DNA from: Selaginella moellendorffii
Taxonomy: Eukaryota > Plantae > Lycopodiophyta
Reading direction: 5' to 3'
Assembly (NCBI RefSeq): GCF_000143415.4
Contig: NW_003314265.1
Span: 4,026,443-4,090,442 of the forward strand
Length of the DNA: 64,000 nucleotides
The notes below the pieces were generated by a model. It saw nothing but the letters and a program-made list of their open reading frames with translations, was not told where the DNA came from and made no database searches. Below, piece after piece: positions 1 to 10,800 of this stretch (positions are counted from its first letter, which is position 1; every line of letters starts with the position of its first letter). A program made the translations under genes and the position numbers.

Positions 1-101
1 ATGCCATATGTCACATATCATGTGTCCAAAGGACAGTGGTGTGGAACCTAAGTTTCAGGGCCTTGGGCCATTGAACAAAGGAACGGTGCTAAACTTCTAA
101 G

Positions 102-1725
102 TGTGAGACACAAAATCCCTAGGCCCCAAAGTGGAGCCGGAAGGGTGCCATGTGGTAGTGGCCGAAGCGAAAGCCAAACGAGTGTGACACGTTTGAACCA
201 AAAGCTCCGACTTGAAAGGTCGAGAGCGGGAGTGGGGCTCGAGGAACGAGTACAAAGCAAACAATAAGTGAGGCTCCAAAAAGGGACCCAAAAGGACCAA
301 CACGTGACACGTGGATGAGTCCGAGATGGACCGAGACAAAATTTGAGATGGACCGAGACAAAGTCTGAGACAGAGTCCGAGATGGAGTCCGAGATGGAGT
401 CCGAGGTGGACCGAGATGGAGTCCGAGATGGAGTCCGAGATGGACCCGAGATGGAGTCCGAGATGGAGTCCGAGATGGACCAAGACGAAATCCAAGATAG
501 AGTCCGAGATAGACCCAGACGAAGTCCAAGATGGAGTCCGAGATGGACCCGAGATGGAATCCGAGATGGAGTCCGAAAAGGACCCGATATGGAGTCCGAG
601 GTCGAGATCGAGACTGGGACCGAGACCGAGAATGAGACCAAGACCAAGTTCGAGACCGAGCCCGAGTCCGAGTCCGAGTCCGAGTCCGAGTCCGAGTCTG
701 AGTCCGAGTCTGAGTCCGAGTTCGAGTCTGAGAGGTGAAAGCCCAAAGCGTTCGTCTCCCAGACCCTAGGGGGTTTGGTGAGCTCCAAAAGTATAGTAGG
801 GGGAGGACTGCAGTGGAGTCAGTTTGGCCAGGAAAGGCCAGTTTGGCCTAGGAAGGCTGTACCCAGTGTTGGGTGATGAGCTGCCCACTGGAAAGCCAAG
901 ACTAGAGTGAACACAGACTGACAAGCGGGGTAGCTTGGTGAAGTGTTCAAAAGCCGACTCTAGTTCCCCCGGGAGATCGACTGGCTGATGCTCCCAATCC
1001 AAGTGTGGGTGGCACTACCTACTTGGATATTAGGCGTGGCTCAACGGAACCTCGCTCTAAGCCCATGGCTAGAGCACCCAAAGGTGGAAGGCAGGGAGAG
1101 TACCCACGGGGATCGCGTAAAGCCACGGTGTTCCGAAATGTTGTCCCAAAGGCCCAGATTGTGGAAAGGAAGAGGAGTAGTCCTTTGGTGTAGTGACCAA
1201 GGATATAGTCATGTGGTGAGGAAGTCCCAAAGGACTGTGGGACTTAGTGGTCGGGCCTATAGGCCTTGATCCAGTAGTAATGTTGGCAAACATGGCCATG
1301 GGCAGAAAGGGACTTGGTGGGGACCAGAAAGGGGATATTGGGGAAGGCTATTCCCCATGTCTATGGGCATCCTAAGGATGTTAAGGAGTGGATCTGGGAT
1401 GATCACTCATGGACGGATGGCCCAATCTTTGAGAGATGGGACTGTGGTGTAGGTGGTGTCAAACCACCGGTGTGACCAAGGTGAATGGGCATGGCTTTAG
1501 CATAACAGGCCGATGTGTCGGTGGTGCCTTGGGGTGTCGGTCATGGGATCGGACACATGGAGCACTTGGACCAAGTGCAAAGGTTGAATGGCGGGGATGC
1601 CATTCTCGGGGCTAGCAAGCCCAAGTCCAAAATAGGACTTATGGAGGTTGTGAGTGAGACTCCTCCAAGTGGTTGGAGGTGTGATTAAGTGACTAAAGTA
1701 GAATGGAAAAATTTAGTCGTTTACA
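102..1725 (+). repeat. Family A 5' LTR (~1.62 kb)
   Basis: TG...CA termini, followed by a PBS. Homologous end to end to the solo LTR at 55599-57270 and to the inverted copy at 7716-14297. Confidence 0.9.
318..731 (+). repeat. Tandem array inside LTR A (GAGATGGAGTCC 12-mers, then CCGAGA/CCGAGT hexamers)
   Basis: Directly visible. It produces the low-complexity ORFs (MESE, SDS, SPRW) in all frames. Confidence 0.95.
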
Positions 1726-1728
1726 ACT

Positions 1729-1740
1729 TGGTATCGGAGC
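1729..1740 (+). promoter_or_regulatory. Primer binding site (tRNA-iMet type) of family A
   Basis: TGGTATCGGAGC begins after a 3-nt gap following the LTR end; canonical sequence is TGGTATCAGAGC. Confidence 0.85.
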
Positions 1741-3745
1741 TGTTCCTTAGTTCGACTTTTATTGGTGCTCAAGTATATCACTATTGATGTTGGCATCGGA
1801 AGGTTCGAGGAGTGGGCCTATCCTCGAGGAGTACTAGGTCAGGAAGACATGGCTCTCCATTACAATTCATGTGTGAACTTGTAGACAAAGTGGTGGATAG
1901 AAAAGGGCCAATAATGGAACGACTTTGGGATCTTGGGAACAGTGCAAGGTTTTCCTCATTGAGTTGAGTATGTGATCCAAATGAGCGTTTGACTCAGCAA
2001 ATTGGCTAATGTAGTTGTGGTAAACAACTATAGTTGGGATCACGGGGAAGATAGACACTCCAAAACGATAAAGGAGTCACAAGATTACCCTCATATAGTC
2101 GAGGTTGGTGTTAATGAATTTGAGACCGGAATTAATGACTGTGGGAGGTCAAATACAGAAGAGAACACAAATCCTTGAAATGGTAGCCGGGGCTACCTCT
2201 AATAAATGCTAGAACAACCCAAGGAGTTGGGGGTGTATTTAGAGGATGAATTGGTATTCTCATCACATGGACAAGTGGTCCTAAGGGGCAAAAGGTTGCC
2301 CTATCAAGTGTCGGAGTAACACTTGCAAAAGATGGTCCTTGTAAGTAGGACATGAATACAAGGAGTTGTATTCCAGTGAGCTAGCACCTCAAAAGTAGGA
2401 CCTCATAGGTTGTCGGATTAACAAAGTCCAAAAGGTTGAATAACTCTAATAGAGTCAAGGAATAATCCTAAGGGCTTGATGAAAGCATTTGGACTGAGGT
2501 GTGTGGTGCCCCACGAAGAATAAGGAGGATCTTGAGATCCAAGCATGAGAGCAGTATGCATCTCATTGATGGCAAAAGGTGCCATACTAAAGTCATGGGA
2601 AAGAGTTTCCCGGAAGAAAACAACTTTGACACAAAGTTGTGCATGAACTCTATAGTGCAGTGCTAATGGATAATTGGCATAAAAGACAACCATATTGGTC
2701 TTGGCAAAAATACCTGGACACAAGTAACAAGTGTCATAAAGGTAGGCTCATGGAGCCGATGGTGTGGAGACACCAAAGGTGCTAAGGCATGCTGCCTTAA
2801 GGTCAAGTTGGTGGGTTTGTGAGAACCCCTTCCAAAGGAATCCAAATGGAAATGGGAATAGTATAGCCTAAGTTGGAAGGCATGTGGTTAGAGTGTGGTG
2901 ACCCAGATAATGATGGAGGTGTGGAAGCACCAACAATGAGTTGTAGGACTTGACAACTATAAGGCAACTAAGCAAAAGGTGCAAAATAATTCATAAACTG
3001 GTAGAAAGCAACTACCTAAGACTTTTTATTGGGATAAGGAAATTTGATATACCCTTATAAGGGATAAATTGCTTATGTTGCGACATAGTAAGTCAATGTC
3101 GAAAAGGGAATGCTCATTGTCAAAGAGGCCATCATTGAGACACCCAAACACTCTAGAACACCAGAAGGGGGTATTTGGTGTCCTGAGGGCAATGGATAAT
3201 GCCCAAGGGACAGAGTCCCTAGCGAATGAAGGATAGGAGGTGCTATACAAATGTCCAAGGTTGTGGAGATAGGAGAAGTCCGTTTACCCAAATTGGACAA
3301 AGCCAAAGAGGGATTTTGGCAAGGCTAGTGATGGGCATATAAAGGCCCATAAGTAGCAACAGTGATCCCAGTGTGTGGGATTACAAGGTGAGTAAACTTG
3401 GATTGAGGAACCACTCCCTAGGCTGTTGGGTAGGTTCATCCCTATGAATACTTGCCAAGGCATGGTAGAAAGTGCAAAGTTATCTTCCTAGTCTGAAGGA
3501 GAATAACCAAAGGAAATGTATGAGGCCAAAAGGCAAGTAGTATAGAGATAAAACCGAACCATAGGAATTGACAGGCATGACCAAAGGTGGTTATGCAAGT
3601 TGGGAGTGGAGAATTAAGTGGGTGCTCAAGCATGTTGTTACTAGTGACCGGGATGCTATGGAGAGTCTAAAGCATGGGATTGTCCATGTTAGACTATATG
3701 GTAATTGGAAAGCTTGCGAAAGGAAAGGCCTTAGCAAGCCAAGGA
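1741..3745 (+). pseudogene. Highly decayed, compressed Gypsy pol relic (family A internal region)
   Basis: No long ORF. Residual RT-like traces at ~2180-2500 (DLKSG-like) and an integrase-like VVTSDRDA at ~3630-3657. Confidence 0.5.
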
Positions 3746-3747
3746 AT

Positions 3748-6700
3748 CCTACCATACGGGATCTGAGGGTTGAAGGCATCGGCGGGCATTTTGTGTCTCC
3801 ATCTTCTGGACTTAGGGAAACGTTGCCCGTTCGAGTACACATCGGGTCCACCGTCACCGATATCGCCTTCAACATCATCAACAGCAAGTCCTCCTCTGTG
3901 GTGCTCGGTCTTCCTTGGTTCCAACTACATCAGCCTCAGATTTGTTGGAAGGACTTACAGCTCATCTCTCCCACATCACCATCTCCCACGGCTTCCCCTG
4001 ATGTTCATCGAGTCCGAATCAGGAAATGTTCCCTAAACTCAAGTCGGGGTTCTGTTCCTGACTCTACGAAGTTTTCATCCTCTTCTTTTTCCTCTCTTCC
4101 ATCTTACACTGGACAGTATCCTCGTCTCATCATTCCATTTAGTCGTACCCTTTCTCCTATCTCCACAATCACTATGAAAGAACTCCTTCATGAAGAACCT
4201 CTTTTTCTTTTTGCTTTGCATGTTTCTCCTGTCAGTCTTCTTGAGAAGTATCATGATTTTGGGGATGTGTTTGACAAGAAAAAAGCTAGTGTACTGCCTG
4301 TTCATCAGCCTTATGATTGTCCCATTGATTTACAGTCACCTCCGTGGGGGCCTATCTACGGGTTATCCCCGTCCGAGCTTAAGGCCCTCAAAGAGTACGT
4401 GGATGAGAACCTTGCCTCGGGCTACATTCAGCATTCGCAGTCCCCGGCTGGAGCGCCTGTCTTCTTTGTCAAGAAGAAGGATGGGAGCTTGCGGCTAGTC
4501 ATCGACTACTGAGGTTTGAACAAGGTGACTGTTCGGAACCGTTATCCGCTGCCCCTGATCTCGGACCTGTTGGAACGCCTCGGCGGTGCCCACTTCTTCA
4601 CCAAGATCGACCTCTGTGGAGCATACAACCTGATCCAGATCCGGCCTGGTGATGAATGGAAGACTGCATTCCGAACCCGCTATGGCCACTTCGAGTACAC
4701 TGTCATGCCATTTGGCTTGACAAATGCTCCAGCGGTTTTCCAACACATGGCGAACGACGTTTTTCAGGAGTTTCTTGATCAGATGGTGATCGTCTACCTC
4801 GATGACATCCTCATCTACTCAAAAACTCAGGAGGAGCATGACGAACATGTTCGCAAGGTGCTAGCGAAGCTGCGAGAACACGGCCTATACGCGAAGCTTG
4901 AGAAATGTTCCTTTGATCAGCAGTCTGTGGAGTTCCTTAGGTACATTGTCACTCCTGAGGGTATCACGATGGATCCTGCTAAAGTCAAGACTATTCTCGA
5001 ATGGGAGCCTCCACAATCAATGTCGGACGTTCAGGTTTTCCTTGGCTTCGCCAACTTCTACCGCAAATTCATTGATCACTACTCTGACATTGTCCTTCCT
5101 CTCACACATCTCACTCGCAAGGATGTTCCCTTCTCTTGGTCTGCTGCTGCCCAACAGGCCTTCGACACACTCAAGGCGGCCTTCAGTTCTGCTCCTGTCT
5201 TGATCCATGCTGATTCCTCACAACCTTTCTTCATCGAGGCTGACGCCTCCGACTTTGCCATTGGTGCTGTGCTGTCTCAACTCGGAGCGGATCACGAACT
5301 TCATCCGGTCACTTTCCCATTCTCGGAAATTCCAGCCTGCGGAGATCAATTACGAAATCCACGACAAGGAGCTCCTTGCCATCGTGCATTCCTTTGGAGA
5401 GTGGCGCCATTTCTTGGAGGGGGCGAGCCATCAAACAACAGTCTGGACGGATCACAAAAATCTCGAGTACTTTGCCACTTCCCGAGTTTTAAGCCGTCGT
5501 CAAGCAAGGTGGGCACAATTCCTGAGTCGGTTTGACTTTGTTATCAATTACAGACCTGGAAAGTTTCAAGGCCTTCCTGATGCTCTTTCAAGGCACTCCT
5601 ATCTCAGTCTCAGGCCTGGTAATCCTGCCTTCGATCAACAGGATCAAGTTATCCTCGGTCCTGATCGGCTTCAAGTTATGGCAATTTCCCTGGCCCCTCA
5701 GGACTCCTCCTTGATGGATGCAATCAGAAACGATCTTCAATCCGATGATCTCGCTAGCAACATTTTCCCCCATCTTCAGGCTGGACACCCAGTGACTCCC
5801 GACTGCCGGCGATTTGACGAGTTCGAGTTCTTAGATGGCTTATTGTACCGTGGGGAGCAGCTTTACGTTCCTGAAGGTGATGCTCGAAGGTTGGTCCTGA
5901 TGGCGTGCCACGATAGCCCGACTGTTGGTCACTTCGGCATTGCGAAAACCTATGAGCTAGTTGCACGGGACTTTTGGTGGCCTCACATGGACGACTACAT
6001 CAAAGCTTTTGTTACCTCCTGTGACACTTGTGCCCGGAATAAGGTACCTCGCCACCTTCCTTCAGGTTTGCTTCGTTCCCTTCCGGTCCCTTCAGGTCCT
6101 TGGGAATCCATCTCCATGGATTTCTTGAGTGATCTTCCGAGTTCTGGAGGCTTCAACAGCATTTTAGTCGTGGTGGATCGCTTCACAAAGATGGCGCACT
6201 TCTTGCCATGTACCAAGGAGTTTTCGGGCGAGGACATGGCAAAACTGGTATTCAGGGAAATTTTCCGACTTCATGGGATTCCTACAGATGTGGTTTCGGA
6301 TTAGGGGCCTCAGTTCATCTCTCATTTCTGGCAACGGTTTTTGCAGCTGCTTGGAGTGAAGGCCAACCTCTCTTCGGCATATCATCCTCAAACTGATGGG
6401 CAGTCCGAGCGAACGATTCAGACGTTGGAACAATTCTTGAGGTGCTTCATCAACTATCATCAGGATAACTGGTTCGATATCCTTCCCCTTGCTGAGTTTT
6501 CCTATAACAACTCTGTTCACTCCTCTCTTCGAGTTTCCCCCTTCTTTGCGAACTCTGGTCGAAATCCCCGATTCAATCTCTCACTTCCTTCTCCATCTGA
6601 ATCCTCTCGTTCAAATCCCCGCTCTGAGGCATTTATCTCCAACCTCAAGGAAATCCACAACTCCATCTCCTTCCACCTCCATCGTGCTCAGGAATCTCAT

Positions 6701-7650
6701 AAAACATTTGCCAATGTCCATCGTCAGGATTGTCCCCCTTACAATATCGGGGATAAAGTCTGGCTCCTCAGGCGAAATATCTCCACCACCAGGCCCTGTC
6801 CAAAACTCGATTTCAAATGCCTTGGTCCTTTCCCTATCACTGCCATCATTAATCCTTTCACTTATCGCCTTGCACTTCCCTCCTCATATCAAATTCACCC
6901 CGTTTTTCACTCCTCTCTCCTTGAGCCTTATATTCCTAGTCCTATTCCAAATCGGGTCATTCCTCCGCCTCCACCAGTGCAGCTCGAGGATGGGTCTGAG
7001 TACGAGGTTTAGGACATCCTTGATTCCAAGATTTCACGGTCTAAACTCTACTATCTAGTGGACTGGAAGGGTTACGGACCTGAGGAACGCACTTGGGAAC
7101 CTGCGGACAACCTGATTCATTCTCCTGACCTTGTTCAGGACTTCCACCACCGCTATCCTTCTCGTCCCAGTCCTCATTTTTTTTCTCCCTCTCCCATCCC
7201 TCGCCGCTCATCTCATCCTCCTCTTCATTCTCGTTCACATCCTCGTTCCACTCGTTCTTGAGGAGGGGGTGCTGTCAGGAATCCCCCAATTCTTGCCACA
7301 TTCCTGACTCTAGCCGGATTCCTGACCTGCAGACCACATTCCTGACTCTCGAGACATTTCCCTATTCCTGACTCTCGAGACACTTCCCGATTCCTGAGTC
7401 TCGAGACACTTCCCGATTCCTGAGTCTCGAGCCACATTCCTGATGATGATGTGGCACCTCCTCGACCTCAACTGTATTTAGGCCGTCCTCGATCCAAGAG
7501 TGGTGGAGCTTCATCAACCTATAGTATATATAAGTTCCATTTCTCCACAATCTGAATCAACACCAGTCTAAGGCCTCTTCTTTGTTTTCACTAGTTTTTT
7601 CTCTTTGTCTTTAGCATTTTCCAGTCTTGATCTTGTTGGGGGTCTTGACA
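3748..7650 (+). mobile_element. 5'-truncated chromodomain-bearing Ty3/Gypsy element (element B, Tcn1/fungal-chromovirus-like), pseudogenised
   Basis: Protease tail (VVLGLPW), RT (YLDD), RNase H (EADASD), integrase (H-H-C-C, SMDF, DGQSE, GPF) and chromodomain (EYEV*DILDS...YLVDWKGYGPEERTWEP). Stops at 4510, 6302 and 7010, and a frameshift near 5315. PPT GAGGAGGGGG just before the 3' LTR. Confidence 0.92.
7273..7650 (+). repeat. 3' LTR of element B with internal ~26-bp tandem repeats (CCTGA[C/G]TCTCGAGACACTTCCCGATT, ~7300-7443)
   Basis: Termini TGTCAGGA...TCTTGACA, located directly after the PPT. Confidence 0.85.
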
Positions 7651-7842
7651 ACATCAATGGTGATATACTTGAGCACCAATAAAAGTCGGACTAAGGAACA
7701 GCTCCGATACCAAGTTGTAAACGACTAAATTTTTCCATTCTACTTTAATCACTTAACCACACCTCCAACCACTTGGAGGAGTCTCACTCACAACCTCCAT
7801 AAGTCTTATTTTGGACTTGGGCTTGCTAGCCCCGAGAATAGC

Positions 7843-10800
7843 TGTTAGGCGCCAGCTTTGACTACGTGGTCAACGTCGGTCAAAGGGAGGCTCAAGGGTA
7901 TATTAAGGCATGTTAGGGTAAGGGACTTAACCTACCCTAGGGCTCACAGTGGAGCGGCGGCGCAGTGGAGCTTTTGAGGTAGCTCGGGGGTGGTTGGGTG
8001 GTGAGGAACCTCAAGAGGTGGCGTAGCATAGTCTAGGGCAACTAGATCTTTGTCTTTTTGCGCCGGATCATAACATTGGTATCAGAGGATTGGTTGCGAT
8101 GGCCGACCAAGCTGAACGCTGGAATCCTATCATCGATGGTGGTGCCGACGGTGGTGCCGACGATGGTGTCAACGAAGCTGCGGAGATTTGGACCATTCAA
8201 GATGTGGTTCATGAGCTGCGAGCCCTTAATAAAAATCAGCAAGAGATGCAAGACGAGATGCATGGCATGATGGATACCATGCGTGGGCGTGTTGAGGCAC
8301 TCGAGGCTGGACGGGGTAGCGCTCCAATGTCTCGCTTGGCTAGCCAATGTGAAGAAGTTCTTAGCTGCTAGAGGAACTCCAGATGCAGAGGCTTTAGTGG
8401 CTATTCCGATGGTTTTGCGTGATGCGGGTCTTCGATGGTGGAATTGGCTTGAGGAGTCCCGTGTTGCGGATAAGAAACCACCAGTGTCTACCATGGATGA
8501 GTTTGAGGCTGCTTTCCGTTTACGTTTTGCCCCTCATTACGACGTGGAGAATGCTCGTACAGAACTTCGCCATTTCCAGCAAGGGAAAATGACGCTCGGG
8601 GATTATATTGAGAAGCTTACTCGCTTGATTAGTCGTGTTCCAACGAAGGATCCAGATCAGAACAAGTCCTACTTCATTGATGGCCTCCATAGTGAGAGTA
8701 TGCGGCAACACTTGCGTCATTCTCAGCCTACAAAGAGTTTGGAGGAGCTCTTTGATGCGGCTCGTCGTCTTGACAATGACAAGCACAAGTCTCGCAAGCG
8801 TTCGCGGAGTCCTTCTGTCGAGAATCGTCGTGATGATCGCCGTGGACACAAGGATGGGAACAAGCATCACAAGTTGAAGTCGGTGGTGACTACCTCGGAT
8901 GCAAAGGGGTCCAAGAAGCAGAAGTTCTTTGTGAAGAATTATAGACAGGGTTGTCATCATTGCGGCGAACTTGGACACTACAAGGCTGATTGTCCGCAGT
9001 TAAAGAACAAGCAGCAGGACAAGAAGAATGGCCAATCTTCTTCTCACGGTAAGTCCGATACTAAAAAGTTGCAAACTTTGCAGCGTGAGGAGGAGGAGAC
9101 CGACCATTCCGGTCGGAGGAAGCGACTTTCGATCGTTGCTCGTCAGCTCAACTGTGTGTGGAACAAGATGGAGCTCGAGGATACGCGTGAATCAGCTTTA
9201 ATGCTGGAGGGCGTGTTCCGTGGCGATCCAGTGCGGATTTTACTGGATAGTGGGAGCGATGACAACTTTGTTTCGGCAAAGTTTGTTGCGGAGCATCGCC
9301 TGAACACACGTGGAGTTGTTCCATACACAGTGGAAGGTGCAGCTACCTCTGCTCAGCATTTCGATGCTTGTGTCGAGGGGCTGGAAGTGTTGGTTGGCAA
9401 AACCACACTTGTGGAGACTTTTTATCTCGCGGATATCCATCGTGTGGATCTCATTCTTGGGATGCCATGGTTGGTGAAGGTGGATCCAGAGATAAAGTGG
9501 AGCATTAAGCGTATCTCGCTGGAGTATGGTGGCGTTAAAGATGTGTGGTTTGGCGAGGGCGTTCAACCACCAGTTGTTATGCTCTCTGCTACATCTTTGA
9601 AGCGGGCTTGTCGTAATGGAAAAGCACTTTCAAGTTACTTGCTGTTTGTTCGTGACTTGGGGGACCAAGGCACGTGTGGGGGAGAAGCAGCAGTACGGGA
9701 TGTACTTGATGAGTTTTCTGATGTTTTTCCATCTGAACTTCCTCATGGATTGCCTCCATTACGAGGTGTGGAGCATGGGATTACATTGGAGCCGGGGACG
9801 CGGCCAATTTACCGGCGTCCATTTCGGTTAAGTTATGTGGAGGAGCAAGAAGTTCAACGACAAGTCAAGGAGTTACTTGAGTTTGGATTTATTCAGCCAA
9901 GTAAGTCTCCGTTTGGTGCTCCGGTCTTGCTTGTGAAGAAGAAGGACGGTTCAATGCGGATGTGTATTGACTACCGTGCTTTAAACAAGAAGACAGTGAA
10001 GGACAAGATGCCGATGCCACGTGTGGATGATATCCTAGACAAGCTTGGTGAAGCACGAGTGTTTACCAAGATTGATCTGAGGAGTGGATATCATCAGATT
10101 GCAATGGATGATGCATCTATCTCCAAGACGGCATTCAACACAAGCTTCGGACATTTCGAGTTTACTGTTATGCCGTTTGGTTTGACGAATGCACCGGCCA
10201 CATTTACTCGGTTGATGACGGAGGTATTTGGGCGTTATCTTCATGAGTTTGTGGAGATTTTCTTGGATGATATTCTTGTTTTTAGCAAGAATATGGAGGA
10301 GCATAGGGTGCATTTGCGCAAGGTTCTTTTGTTACTTCGAGACAGCAAACTTTATGCGAAGAAGAGCAAATGTGAATTTGCAAAGTCGGAGGTGGAATAT
10401 CTAGGCCATATTGTGACATCTAAGGGTGTCAAGACGGATCCAAGGAAGGTGGCTGTGGTGGAAAACTGGCCTACACCGACTACAGTGGCCGAGTTGCGCA
10501 GTTTTCTTGGTATGGCTAGTTACTATCGACGTTTCCAGCATAAGTTTGCAGAGGTGGCTATTCCGTTGACGCGGTTGTTACGCAAGAATGTGCCATTCGA
10601 GTGGAAGACGCCACAAGAGGAGAGTTTTGTGGCGCTGAAACGATTGTTGATCGAGGCTCCAGTGCTTCGCATTGCTGATCCATCGAAACCTTACGAGGTG
10701 ACATGCGATGCGAGTGGTTATGCACTGGGAGGAGTTCTCATGCAAGAGGGACAGCCTATTGCATATGAGAGTCGAACTTTGAATTCCGCGGAGCAACGCT

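Noticed and set aside
318-731. CRISPR-like appearance of the repeat arrays (also 7300-7443)
   Set aside because: Head-to-tail tandem units without unique spacers, no cas genes, and a eukaryotic LTR context.
48-788. Long ORFs on both strands over the LTR-A arrays (also 13306-14329 and 55543-56548)
   Set aside because: Artefacts of stop-poor 6/12-bp tandem repeats; frames and ends are not conserved between LTR copies.
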